Below, piece by piece: positions 28,181-37,965 of a stretch of DNA of 64,000 bases. The notes beneath the pieces were generated by a model, which searched no databases, was not told where the DNA came from, and saw only the letters and a program-made list of their open reading frames with translations. The position numbers were made by a program, and so were the translations under genes. The first letter of the stretch is position 1. Every line of letters starts with the position of its first letter. Location: the NCBI GenBank assembly GCA_043771335.1, contig JAYVHM010000001.1, positions 28,773 to 92,772 on the forward strand, read 5' to 3'. The stretch comes from a bacterium (GTDB lineage Bacteria > Patescibacteriota > Minisyncoccia > Phycocordibacterales > UBA5272).

Positions 28181-29131
28181 ATGAATCAGAAAGTTTTAGT
28201 TTTAGATCATGTAGCGTATGACGTAGATGTGTATGGTAGTCCTAAGGTTATATTTAAAAGAGATATGCCCGGCAACTTCATCTCTAACTTTTCATATAGC
28301 CAAAATTCTTTAGATGTTAAAAATAATCTAGACAAATTTATTGAGAGAATCTCAAAACTACTATTAAAAGCATGCTTGGAGAATCCAGAATTAACAAAAC
28401 GTTATCTGGGTAGGGGTAAGATAGGTATAAATGAAAAGGGTGGTTCTGCCATAGAATTATTTACCTGTCTGCAAAAAGATGATACATATGTTTTCACTTC
28501 AGAGATATTTGGAGTTGAGGTGAATATGACAGACACGGGTAAAAATTTTATATTTTCCGCACTCAGCTATAACTCTAATGATAAGCACGAGATACTACAA
28601 GGCCTACTAGAAGAGGTAAACCCACTATGGAAATCATTCACAAAAGAAATCACTATCGGAGTAAAGCATATAGATTTTACTAATGAAAAAAATGATTTAT
28701 ATGGTTATTCTCCTCATAAGATAGCTACTAGTATTCTAAAATACCTACCAATCACAGATAACTACGTAGGTTTTGGATTATCTGCAGAAGGTGTTATGAA
28801 TTCATTCCACTCAATGGACAACGATGGTTTGCTCATATTTAACGTGTATGGAATTGATGTGTTTTTTCGTCTTAACATACAAGGTAGTCTAGAGATCAGT
28901 AGACAGGCTACAGCAGTTAAGGTTTTAGATGATAAGATCTTAATGCGGCAAGCAACTCCTATGGCTGAGCTAATTATACGATCATCTTTTACACCTTTTC
29001 ACCTATCGAATCAAAGTTTTGATTATGCAGATGAGCAAAATAATATGAATCGAGTAGCCAGGATAATTCACTTAGGATTATCCCAGTGGGCAGAGGGTGA
29101 TTTTGAAAGGTTAGGAAAAGATATAGAATAA
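28181..29131 (+). CDS. Hypothetical soluble protein (316 aa) upstream of the atp genes
   Basis: An ORF with no motif recognised. It is not hydrophobic, so it is not ATP synthase subunit a. Confidence 0.45.
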   Translation: MNQKVLVLDHVAYDVDVYGSPKVIFKRDMPGNFISNFSYSQNSLDVKNNLDKFIERISKLLLKACLENPELTKRYLGRGKIGINEKGGSAIELFTCLQKDDTYVFTSEIFGVEVNMTDTGKNFIFSALSYNSNDKHEILQGLLEEVNPLWKSFTKEITIGVKHIDFTNEKNDLYGYSPHKIATSILKYLPITDNYVGFGLSAEGVMNSFHSMDNDGLLIFNVYGIDVFFRLNIQGSLEISRQATAVKVLDDKILMRQATPMAELIIRSSFTPFHLSNQSFDYADEQNNMNRVARIIHLGLSQWAEGDFERLGKDIE

Positions 29132-29148
29132 CCAAAGTAATGCTCTCA

Positions 29149-29178
29149 AGGGCGATTCCTAAGAATCGCCTTTTTATT
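29149..29178 (+). terminator. Intrinsic terminator
   Basis: AGGGCGATTC-CTAA-GAATCGCCTTTTTATTTT. Confidence 0.65.
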
Positions 29179-29219
29179 TTACCAAAATACACATCAAGCT
29201 TTGAAAAAAGTCGCTTTTG

Positions 29220-29228
29220 TGCTATAAT
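29220..29228 (+). promoter_or_regulatory. Extended -10 TGCTATAAT upstream of atpE
   Basis: Exact motif match. Confidence 0.45.
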
Positions 29229-29273
29229 ATTCGTATTAAATTATCTTTTAATTAAACAATAAACAACAAATAT

Positions 29274-29492
29274 ATGACAACAGAAGGAGCATTATACATA
29301 GCAAAATCAATTACAATATTAGGAATGTTAGCGACAGCATTAGGTCAAGGATACCTTATAGGTAAAGCTTTTGAGGCTATTGGCCGTAATCCAGAGATAG
29401 AAGCATCAATCTTCTCTAAAATGATTGTGGGTGTAGCGATGACTGAGACGACTGCTATTTTTGCATTCGTAGCATTCTTCTTACTTGGTTAA
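29274..29492 (+). CDS. atpE: F0F1 ATP synthase subunit c
   Basis: The 72-aa hairpin proteolipid has the conserved loop 'AIGRNPE' and a carboxylate in helix 2 ('MTETTAIF'). Confidence 0.9.
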   Translation: MTTEGALYIAKSITILGMLATALGQGYLIGKAFEAIGRNPEIEASIFSKMIVGVAMTETTAIFAFVAFFLLG

Positions 29493-29511
29493 TCTGTAAA
29501 AATATAATTTT

Positions 29512-30009
29512 ATGGATTTCATTTTATCAGTATTACACTCTATAGGTTTCAATTGGCATGTTGCACTTGCTAATTTTGTTAATTTCTTAATTATACTTTT
29601 TATTTTAAACAAATTTGTATTTAAAAAAATAATAAAAACCATAGACAATAGAGATAGTATTATCAAAAGAGGCTTAGAAGATGCGAGTCAAGCTGAAACC
29701 AATTTAAAAAAGGCTAATGAGCTAGGTGAAAATATTATTGTCGAAGCAAAAGCAAAAGCAGAAGCAGATATAAGAAATAAAATAGACCATGCAAATGCTG
29801 AGGCACTGAGTATTGTTAATCATTCTAAGGATCACATAGAGAATCTTAAAAACACTTTGACTAATAAAATACAAAATGCTGAAAATGATGTGAATGAGAA
29901 CTTTGCAAAGATAGCACCAACTCTATTAGTTAAGATGTTTAAAGAAACTTTATCTAAAAACTTGGATGAAAAAACTAATGACCAGCTAGTTTCGGCCTTG
30001 ATAAAATAA
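29512..30009 (+). CDS. atpF: F0F1 ATP synthase subunit b
   Basis: An N-terminal TM helix is followed by a long charged helix, and the position within the operon fits. The protein is 165 aa. Confidence 0.7.
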   Translation: MDFILSVLHSIGFNWHVALANFVNFLIILFILNKFVFKKIIKTIDNRDSIIKRGLEDASQAETNLKKANELGENIIVEAKAKAEADIRNKIDHANAEALSIVNHSKDHIENLKNTLTNKIQNAENDVNENFAKIAPTLLVKMFKETLSKNLDEKTNDQLVSALIK

Positions 30010-30018
30010 TTACAAATT

Positions 30019-30366
30019 ATGAATAGTTTAAAATTAGCAAGATTATTAATAGAAAAAAATGAAAGCAAAGATGGTCTTGTTAATTTTTTAAAGGTTTTAG
30101 ATAAGAACAAATTAAATTATATATTACCAAATATATTAGAAAGCTTGAAAAAGATAGATAGTAAAGAAAAGGCAGAAAATCAAGAAATAATAATCAGCTC
30201 ATATGCGTTAGAAAAAAAGACAAAAGACAACTTAAAAGAAAAATATAAGTTAAACAATCCAGAAAACAGAGAAGATAAGAGTATAATAACTGGATTCAAA
30301 ATATATACCAAAGATAAAATAGTCGACGCAAGCCTAAGCACAATATTAAAAAAGTTTACAAAATAA
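30019..30366 (+). CDS. atpH: F0F1 ATP synthase subunit delta (short, OSCP C-terminal-like)
   Basis: It lies between atpF and atpA. The C-terminus '[25 protein letters not shown]' matches the delta C-terminal pattern. At 115 aa it is shorter than the roughly 180 aa typical of delta. Confidence 0.55.
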   Translation: MNSLKLARLLIEKNESKDGLVNFLKVLDKNKLNYILPNILESLKKIDSKEKAENQEIIISSYALEKKTKDNLKEKYKLNNPENREDKSIITGFKIYTKDKIVDASLSTILKKFTK

Positions 30367-30377
30367 AAAATAAAATC

Positions 30378-31874
30378 ATGTCAATACAAAAAATACAAAA
30401 TGAAATAGAGAAGATGATAGGTGCTATGGACCTAAATATAGAAACAAAATCAGCAGGGCATGTTGGTAAAGTTTCTGATGGTATAGCTACTGTTTATGGT
30501 CTGACCGATGTAGAGTCTATGGAAATGCTTGATTTTGAATCTGGCGCGCGCGGTATAGCTTTTAATCTTGAGATTGATAGTGTTGGTGTGGTTATTATTG
30601 ATGGTTTTGATAAAGTAAAAGAAGGTGAGAGAGTAATGAGAACAAATCAAATACTCTCTATTCCAGTTAGTGACGAAGTCATAGGGCGTGTAGTAGACCC
30701 ATTAATGAAAGTGTTAGATGGTAAATCAGAAATAAAAGCAAAAACATTTCAAAATATAGAACGTGTTGCCCCTGGTGTTATGACTCGCGAGCCAGTAACG
30801 GTCCCTATGCAGACAGGAATAAAAGCAATAGATGCGATGATACCAGTAGGGCGTGGCCAACGTGAACTTATAATCGGCGACAGACAGACAGGTAAGACTA
30901 CTATTGCTATCGATACTATTGTTAATCAAAAAGGTAACGGAGTGATTTGTGTCTATGTTGCCATAGGTCAAAAAGAAAGTAAAATAGCTCAAATAGTAGA
31001 AACACTAAAAGCAAATGGTGCCATGGATTACACGTGTGTAGTACTAGCTGGTGTCTCGCAAGGTGCCACAAAATCATACTTAGCACCATACACAGGAGCA
31101 GCAATAGCAGAATATTTTATGGGTCAAGGAAAAGACGTATTAGTTATTTACGACGACCTATCAAAACACGCTGTAGCTTATCGTGAGATGTCATTACTGT
31201 TAAAGCGTGCACCAGGACGTGAAGCTTATCCGGGAGACGTGTTTTATTTACATTCAAGATTACTGGAAAGAGCTTGTAGGCTAAATGCCGAGAATGGTGG
31301 TGGATCAATCACTGCATTACCTATTATAGAGACTCAGGCAGGTGACATATCAGCATACATACCGACAAATGTGATATCAATCACTGACGGACAAATCTTT
31401 ACGGACTCTGGACTATTCTACAAAGGTGTACGTCCAGCTGTTGATGTAGGATTGTCAGTGTCACGTGTTGGTGGTGCAGCACAATCAAAACCAATGAAGA
31501 AAAATGCAGGTATGATGAAGTTATCCCTTGCTCAATATCGTGAACTTGAGAGCTTCTCTCAATTCGACTCAGATCTAGACCCAAAAACAAAAGAAACTAT
31601 AGAGCGTGGAAAAAGGACTGTAGAAATATTAAAACAGGTTAATGGAAATCCAATGAGTGTAGGGCAGCAAGTAGCTTCTATCTATGCAGTTAATAATGGT
31701 TTTGTGGATAAGGTTGAAGTTAAAAATGTGGTAGACTTTGAGAATAAAATGCAAACAAAATTAACTAAATACCATCATGACCTAGAAGCTAACCTTTCTA
31801 AAAACTGGTCACCAGAAATAGAATCAGAGCTAAAAGATTTTCTAAGCACTTTTGTAAATGAATACAAAGCATAA
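30378..31874 (+). CDS. atpA: F0F1 ATP synthase subunit alpha
   Basis: The Walker A 'GDRQTGKTT' is present, and the 498-aa protein has extensive alpha-subunit conservation. Confidence 0.95.
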   Translation: MSIQKIQNEIEKMIGAMDLNIETKSAGHVGKVSDGIATVYGLTDVESMEMLDFESGARGIAFNLEIDSVGVVIIDGFDKVKEGERVMRTNQILSIPVSDEVIGRVVDPLMKVLDGKSEIKAKTFQNIERVAPGVMTREPVTVPMQTGIKAIDAMIPVGRGQRELIIGDRQTGKTTIAIDTIVNQKGNGVICVYVAIGQKESKIAQIVETLKANGAMDYTCVVLAGVSQGATKSYLAPYTGAAIAEYFMGQGKDVLVIYDDLSKHAVAYREMSLLLKRAPGREAYPGDVFYLHSRLLERACRLNAENGGGSITALPIIETQAGDISAYIPTNVISITDGQIFTDSGLFYKGVRPAVDVGLSVSRVGGAAQSKPMKKNAGMMKLSLAQYRELESFSQFDSDLDPKTKETIERGKRTVEILKQVNGNPMSVGQQVASIYAVNNGFVDKVEVKNVVDFENKMQTKLTKYHHDLEANLSKNWSPEIESELKDFLSTFVNEYKA

Positions 31875-31911
31875 AATTTTGAGTGATTAGTTTTTAAAAT
31901 AAAAAATATTT

Positions 31912-32826
31912 ATGAACACAAAAGTTATTAAAGGTAAGATAAAATCAACAGGCAGTATAAAAAAAATCACCAGAACAATGGAGATGGTTTCTGTTGCTAA
32001 AATGAAAAAAGCTGTATCAATGGCTGATGGTTATAAATCTTTTGGCATTGAAGCCAAAAAAATAATAAATATTTTAGGTGATCAGCGAGAAAAACATATA
32101 TTATCTTCAGAAAAGAATAACCTTAAGATAAAAAATACATTAATCATATTAATAGCTGGACAAAAAGGTCTTTGCGGTGGGTATAATTCTAATCTTTACA
32201 GATATATATATAAGAATTATGCTCTAGAAAAAAGTAATTTAAGATTTATAACCATAGGCAAATACGGAGAGAAAATAGCAAAAAAGTTCGACACTAATAG
32301 TGGAACTGAAAGAGAGGGCAATAATATAGTCGCTGCTTTTTCTGGTAAAGATTTTCTGTCTGCTGACTCCCGAGTGATAATAAAAAAGATAATCTCAGAA
32401 TTCAAAGAAGATAAATATAAACAAGTTAAATTAATTTATACTGATTTTACAAATGTGAATACGCAAAATGTTGCCGAGAATGTAATGTTGCCTTTTTCTA
32501 AAAAAACTATTATCGACCCAGAAAACAAAGAAAGTATATTCAAGGAAAATAAAATTGCTGATGATTTAGAATATACTTTTGAGCCAAATATCTCTGAGGT
32601 GTTTGAGTATGCAGTAAAAGTTTTACTAGAAAATATTATATTAGGAAGTGTGATGAGGGCGAGAGCAGCTGAGCACGCAGCGCGCATGATGGCTATGAAA
32701 ACCGCAACAGACAATGCTGGTGAGATGTTAAAAGAACTTAAAACCTATTTTAATAAAGCTCGCCAAGCAGCAATCACTCAAGAAATAGCTGAAATATCCT
32801 CAGGAGCTATGGCAAGTGCCAAATAA
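31912..32826 (+). CDS. atpG: F0F1 ATP synthase subunit gamma
   Basis: The N-terminus 'IKSTGSIKKITRTMEMVSVAKM' and the C-terminus 'ARQAAITQEIAEI' are gamma-subunit signatures. Confidence 0.85.
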   Translation: MNTKVIKGKIKSTGSIKKITRTMEMVSVAKMKKAVSMADGYKSFGIEAKKIINILGDQREKHILSSEKNNLKIKNTLIILIAGQKGLCGGYNSNLYRYIYKNYALEKSNLRFITIGKYGEKIAKKFDTNSGTEREGNNIVAAFSGKDFLSADSRVIIKKIISEFKEDKYKQVKLIYTDFTNVNTQNVAENVMLPFSKKTIIDPENKESIFKENKIADDLEYTFEPNISEVFEYAVKVLLENIILGSVMRARAAEHAARMMAMKTATDNAGEMLKELKTYFNKARQAAITQEIAEISSGAMASAK

Positions 32827-32832
32827 ATCTGT

Positions 32833-32841
32833 GTTATAATA
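32833..32841 (+). promoter_or_regulatory. Extended -10 TGTTATAAT between atpG and prfB
   Basis: Exact motif 14 nt upstream of the prfB ATG. Confidence 0.4.
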
Positions 32842-32854
32842 TAGACAAGAATAC

Positions 32855-33742
32855 ATGCAAGAAGATTTTGATAAAAAAAATTTTGAATCTAGGATTTTAG
32901 ATATAGAAAATGAAATGCAAAATGCAGAGTTTTGGATAGATAAATTATCAGCCCAAGAAAAGATAAAAGAATTAAAAACTTTAAAATTAAAAGTTGGTGG
33001 TGAAAAAATCTTAGAAGAGGGTGGGGCAATACTCAATATAATTTCTGGAGCTGGCGGTGACGATAGTGAAGACTGGGCATTTTTACTTTTTGAAATGTAT
33101 AGAAAATACTCTGAAAAAAATAATTGGACATTAACTATATTACACGCGCATAATAATGAGCACGGTGGTGTTAAAAATATAACAGCAGAGATTAATGGTA
33201 AAAATGTATATAGCTCACTTAAAAATGAATCTGGAGTTCATAGACTAGTCAGAATATCACCTTTCAACTCAAATGCAAAAAGACATACTAGTTTCGCCAT
33301 GGCAGAAGTTTTACCGATAGTTGGTGACGACATAGAGATAAATCTTAAACCAGAAGAGATAGAAATCACTACCCAAAAAGCCAGTGGCCCAGGAGGGCAG
33401 AATGTAAACAAGCGAGAGACTGCAGTGCGTATAGTTCATATTGAGACCGGTATAAGCGTGCATGTCGCAGAAGAAAGGTCTCAAGAAGCTAATCGTGAAA
33501 AAGCATTAAAACTCATCAAAGCAAAGCTTTACAAATTAGAACAAGAGAAAGTAAAAGCAGAAAAAGAGGGTAGAATGATTAGTAAAACTACCGAAATAGA
33601 GTGGGGGAACCAGATACGTAACTATGTTATGCACCCATATAAATTAGTTAAGGATTTGCGAACAGGAGTAGAAACTAGTGATATATCCAGTGTTCTCTCT
33701 GGGGACATAGAAGCTTTCATTGTAGCAGAAAGTGCGTTATAA
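32855..33742 (+). CDS. prfB: Peptide chain release factor 2 (short form, no programmed frameshift)
   Basis: The GGQ motif 'GPGGQNVNK' and the SPF tripeptide 'RISPFNSNAKRHTSFA' are present. The protein is 295 aa, and only 28 nt separate it from atpG, so there is no room for an upstream frameshift ORF. Confidence 0.85.
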   Translation: MQEDFDKKNFESRILDIENEMQNAEFWIDKLSAQEKIKELKTLKLKVGGEKILEEGGAILNIISGAGGDDSEDWAFLLFEMYRKYSEKNNWTLTILHAHNNEHGGVKNITAEINGKNVYSSLKNESGVHRLVRISPFNSNAKRHTSFAMAEVLPIVGDDIEINLKPEEIEITTQKASGPGGQNVNKRETAVRIVHIETGISVHVAEERSQEANREKALKLIKAKLYKLEQEKVKAEKEGRMISKTTEIEWGNQIRNYVMHPYKLVKDLRTGVETSDISSVLSGDIEAFIVAESAL

Positions 33743-33755
33743 TTAGAATATAAAT

Positions 33756-34433
33756 ATGCTTTACTTCGAAAATGTAACAAAGGAATACTTAGGGAAAAAG
33801 ATACTAGATGGAATCAATATAAATATAGAAAAAGGCGAACTTGTTAGTATAGTAGGACATTCTGGTGCAGGTAAAACTTCTCTTATAAAATTATTATTAG
33901 CTGAAGAAAAGCCGACACATGGTAAAGTCTCTTTTCATTCTACATCTATACACACTTTAAAAGGCAGACTACTGAATGACTACAGAAGAAAAATAGGTGT
34001 AGTCTTTCAAGATTTTAGATTATTACCTAATAGAACAGCATATGAAAATATAGCCTTCGCAATGGAAGCAGCAGGGAAGAGCGACGCAGAGATAAAATCT
34101 GATGTTCCTCATGTTTTAGATCTTGTGGACCTTAAGGACAAGCTGCATCATTTTCCACATCAAATGTCAGGAGGAGAAAAACAACGTGTAGCTATAGCAC
34201 GCGCAATAGTTAACAGGCCTGATATAATAATCGCTGATGAGCCGACAGGTAATCTAGACCCTGTTAATACTTATGATATAGTTCAAATATTTAAAAAAAT
34301 AAATGACTTGGGAACCACTGTCATACTAACTACTCACAACAAGGGTGTGATAGATAATTTAGGTAAGAGAGTAATTACTATGGATGGTGGTAAAGTCTCT
34401 CGTGATGATAAAAATGGCAAATATGTCATTTAG
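33756..34433 (+). CDS. ftsE: Cell-division ABC transporter ATP-binding protein FtsE
   Basis: The Walker A 'GHSGAGKTS', the ABC signature '[14 protein letters not shown]' and the Walker B '[11 protein letters not shown]' are present. Confidence 0.9.
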   Translation: MLYFENVTKEYLGKKILDGININIEKGELVSIVGHSGAGKTSLIKLLLAEEKPTHGKVSFHSTSIHTLKGRLLNDYRRKIGVVFQDFRLLPNRTAYENIAFAMEAAGKSDAEIKSDVPHVLDLVDLKDKLHHFPHQMSGGEKQRVAIARAIVNRPDIIIADEPTGNLDPVNTYDIVQIFKKINDLGTTVILTTHNKGVIDNLGKRVITMDGGKVSRDDKNGKYVI

Positions 34434-34454
34434 AAAAAAATAATTAAAAAATAT

Positions 34455-35372
34455 ATGCAACTTTTCAAAAGAATAATCACAGCAGGTTTCAATGGTTTTT
34501 ACAGAAATAGAACCATATCTATTTCTTCTATTTTTATATTAGTAGTTACTCTTTCTATAATAGCTAGTATACTTATGTTCAGGGATGTTTTCAATAACTC
34601 TATAACACAAATAAAAACTAAGGTCGACATTAGTATATATCTTAAAAATGACACTACTGATGCATCTATAATTTCTATAAAGCAAAAGTTACAGGGCATA
34701 TCAACAGTAAAAGATGTTAACTTTGTCTCAAAAGATGAGACTTTAGAAAAATTTAAAGAGCAATATAAAAATGATACCGCAACTATAAAAGCTTTAGATG
34801 AAGTTGGAGTTAATCCATTTGGGGCCAGCTTCCAAGTTATAGCAAAAGACACAACTGATTACAATAACATAATGAAGAAAATAGAGACAGAGAATTACTT
34901 GGGAGATGACACAAAAGACATAGACAAGATAAACTACGTAGACATAAAAGATAGTATAGAAAAATTAAATAGCTTAATAACTTGGTTCAATACTTTTGGT
35001 ATAACGATGATTACAATCTTCATAATAATGTCTCTTATGATTGTATATAATACAATAAGGTTGGCCATATTTACTTTCAAAGATGAGATCTCAGTCATGA
35101 AGCTTGTTGGTGCCAGTGACATGTATATACGTGGTCCATTTATAGTTGAATCAATTCTTTACGGTGCAATAGCTTCACTCATAACTACGATTATTTTTTA
35201 TCCCATAACAAAGTATGTTACAAATAAAACTTTGGACTTTTTTGGAGGATATAGTATACACGCATATTACCTGGATAACATAGCATTGATATTTGTAACT
35301 CTATTTATATCTGGAACTTTAGTGGCTATTATATCTTCTGTGCTTGCAGTTAGAAAATATTTGAGTGTTTAA
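34455..35372 (+). CDS. ftsX: Cell-division permease-like protein FtsX
   Basis: The protein has a TM helix, a large extracytoplasmic domain and three C-terminal TM helices, and it is immediately downstream of ftsE. Confidence 0.8.
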   Translation: MQLFKRIITAGFNGFYRNRTISISSIFILVVTLSIIASILMFRDVFNNSITQIKTKVDISIYLKNDTTDASIISIKQKLQGISTVKDVNFVSKDETLEKFKEQYKNDTATIKALDEVGVNPFGASFQVIAKDTTDYNNIMKKIETENYLGDDTKDIDKINYVDIKDSIEKLNSLITWFNTFGITMITIFIIMSLMIVYNTIRLAIFTFKDEISVMKLVGASDMYIRGPFIVESILYGAIASLITTIIFYPITKYVTNKTLDFFGGYSIHAYYLDNIALIFVTLFISGTLVAIISSVLAVRKYLSV

Positions 35373-35402
35373 AAAATAAAAAGGTAAAATATTAGACAAA
35401 TA

Positions 35403-35430
35403 AAAAAGCGACATAAATATGTCGCTTTTT
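35403..35430. terminator. Bidirectional intrinsic terminator
   Basis: AAAAAGCGACATA-AAT-ATGTCGCTTTTT. Confidence 0.6.
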
Positions 35431-35450
35431 AATAACTCTTTTAAGAGTTA

Positions 35451-35969
35451 TTACTTTACAAGTGAGATTACGGTGCAGTGTGTACCTATTTCATACATAG
35501 ATACTGGACACTGAGTTTTTCCTAGAAAGTCTATTTTATTACTAAAATAAATGTTCCAGCTCAAAACAGTGTTGTAGAAAAAGACATGTGCATTTTTTGT
35601 GTACAGCACATAACATATAGATGGCATACCTTCTTTCTTTTTTTCAACTAGTCCTTGGCGGATCAGTGAAGCTATGATTTCTAGTATCTCAGCCGGCCTA
35701 AGAAAAGCATGTTTTTGGAACTCAGCTTCATCAGATATGTAACCATCTCTAGTAAGCGGATGTAAATTTAATTTTACTTCACCAGATAAAAATTTGCTAT
35801 TAACAGCAATATTTTTTGTTACCGGAGCATCTGTCCAAATCAACTCTTTGTTGCCGCAACTTTTTTGAACTTCAACATATTTGTCGCTAATAAAAAAATG
35901 CGAGGTTGGATATTTGTTATTGTCTATGTTAACGGTGACAGACATAGGATCTTTGAAAAGACTACTCAT
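35451..35969 (-). CDS. Hypothetical protein (172 aa)
   Basis: An ORF with no motif recognised. Confidence 0.4.
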   Translation of the reverse strand: MSSLFKDPMSVTVNIDNNKYPTSHFFISDKYVEVQKSCGNKELIWTDAPVTKNIAVNSKFLSGEVKLNLHPLTRDGYISDEAEFQKHAFLRPAEILEIIASLIRQGLVEKKKEGMPSICYVLYTKNAHVFFYNTVLSWNIYFSNKIDFLGKTQCPVSMYEIGTHCTVISLVK

Positions 35970-36627
35970 TTTTGTAACTCCTATTATTAAATGTACAGAA
36001 GACTAAAAACAGAATTGTAATTAATCTATATTAAATATAATATACTATTTATATACTTTTGTCAAGTATTTTACTTGTATGCTAAAAATAAGAAATAAAA
36101 ATAGGGTGGAGTAAAGCTTTGGGGGAAAATAATCAAATATACAATCTTAACGTCTTGTATATTATAAAATAAATATAAACAAAAGAGTAGAGGGATGAGT
36201 CTCTAAGTTGTAGATAGAGTGTATCATATTTAAGTATCTCCTGATCTTTGTTTTAAAAGCTTTAATCTATACCTGTTGTCGCACAATATATCTTTTGCGA
36301 CTATCTATACTATAAATATAAAGCAACTTAAGGAGGCTTTAGCTCGTATTAGTTTACCTAGACACTTTAGATTCTTCCATCTTTAGTGTACAGCTTTGTG
36401 TAACTTATAAGCTCCGTAGATTACGCTTAATATGAATATTAATATCAATCCTAGAGCAAAAGTTTTTAATTCAATTCTTATCATTTTATTTTTTATTTTA
36501 AATCTCCATAAAGGAATTTTTCCCATAATTTCCCCCCCATAGACTTACCTAAAATAAATGCTACTAGTATGGCGATTATTAATTGTATGTAGCTAATTGT
36601 TATCATGATAATATTATACTATATTTT

Positions 36628-37965
36628 TTAAAAATAACTAAGTGGGTTAAGATAAGCGTTACGAGGTGCTATCGGTATACGCATATATGTGCCACATGAT
36701 TTTGATTTGTATTCTGTTGGACCAGCTACATGCACACCTTGAGTAGCATAAACGGTAAAGTGTAAATGTGGACCTGTGCTATATCCAGTATTGCCACTAA
36801 GACCTATTTTTTGTCCTGAGGAGACAGTCTGACCTTCTGACACTGCAAAACTTGACATATGAGCATAAAGTGTTGCCAGACCATTAGTGTGCTTTATAAG
36901 TATCCATTTACCGTAAGAAGCCCCTCGGCAACTAGCGTCACTATCGTCTACACCCACAACAACACCATCTGCAGCCGCATAGAGCGGTGTTCCTAATGGT
37001 ATAGCAAAATCTATACCATTATGTCCTGCCCCATTATATACTTGTGGATTTTTTGTTGAAAAGGATGTGTTTCCAAAATACTGAGTTATATTAACTTTTT
37101 TAACAGGGTAACTAAGTATACCATTACCTGTTTTTGGTAAAAGATTAACATCTACTATGGCTTTTAATTTTGACTCAAAATCTAAAGTTTCTTTTTCTAA
37201 AGCATCTTTTATTTTTTTTCTTTCTGCTAATTTCTTTTTATATACCTCTTCTTTTGATTTTGTTTCTTTCAAAAGTCTATCATTCTCTACCCTGGTCTGT
37301 TCTACTAACTTTTTTTTATCACTCAATTCTTCTTTTTGCTCTTTCAAGGTAGTATATTTATCTTCATACACTACTTTATTTTTCTCTAAAAACCCTTTTA
37401 TTTCTTTTATATCTGTTGTTGATTTTTGTAGGGTATTTTTAAGACTTTCAATATTATTTATTTGAGTTGATATATCACTCAAGCTTTTCTTGCTAAAAAA
37501 AGTCAAAATATAATTATCTTGATTTTTAAAATATCTAATTTCTTTTAATGATGTTATGACCCCTTCTTTTAAATTCTCAAGCTTCTGATTCGAAACTTTT
37601 ATCTTGTCAGTGACTTCATATATATCATACTCTGTATTCTTTATTTTTAAATTCGCTGAATCTATTTCTAAATTAAGATTCTTTTTCCTTCCCTCAAGTA
37701 TACTCAAAGCTTGTTTTAGTGTTCCTGCTTCCCCTTTTGTATTTGCTATTTTTGTATTATATTCATTAATTTCTTTTTCCAAAGAATCTAATTTTGTTTT
37801 ATTTTCTTGTATTTGTTTTGCTAGATCTTCTTTTGTATCCGCATTAGAAATAAAAATAGGAGTTGACAATATAGCTACGGACAAAAAAACTACTGCCGGT
37901 AATTTTAAGAAAAAAGAGCTATATTTTTTATGAATCTTATTTTTAATTATCTGTGAGAGTAACAT
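36628..37965 (-). CDS. Coiled-coil M23 (LytM) metallopeptidase, EnvC/PcsB-like FtsEX-associated murein hydrolase
   Basis: An N-terminal TM or signal sequence is followed by a roughly 280-aa heptad-rich coiled coil. The C-terminal M23 domain keeps its catalytic residues: 'HNGIDFA', 'ADG' and 'GNTGYSTGPHLHFTVY'. Confidence 0.8.
   Translation of the reverse strand: MLLSQIIKNKIHKKYSSFFLKLPAVVFLSVAILSTPIFISNADTKEDLAKQIQENKTKLDSLEKEINEYNTKIANTKGEAGTLKQALSILEGRKKNLNLEIDSANLKIKNTEYDIYEVTDKIKVSNQKLENLKEGVITSLKEIRYFKNQDNYILTFFSKKSLSDISTQINNIESLKNTLQKSTTDIKEIKGFLEKNKVVYEDKYTTLKEQKEELSDKKKLVEQTRVENDRLLKETKSKEEVYKKKLAERKKIKDALEKETLDFESKLKAIVDVNLLPKTGNGILSYPVKKVNITQYFGNTSFSTKNPQVYNGAGHNGIDFAIPLGTPLYAAADGVVVGVDDSDASCRGASYGKWILIKHTNGLATLYAHMSSFAVSEGQTVSSGQKIGLSGNTGYSTGPHLHFTVYATQGVHVAGPTEYKSKSCGTYMRIPIAPRNAYLNPLSYF

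Noticed and set aside
32826-32900. A programmed +1 frameshift site at the start of prfB
   Set aside because: Only 28 nt separate the atpG stop and the prfB ATG, and there is no upstream short ORF ending in CUU UGA C. RF2 appears to be made from a single short ORF.
35970-36627. A long spacer as a housekeeping structured RNA (RNase P, tmRNA or 6S)
   Set aside because: The region is extremely AT-rich with no GC-rich helices and none of the conserved RNase P or tmRNA motifs.
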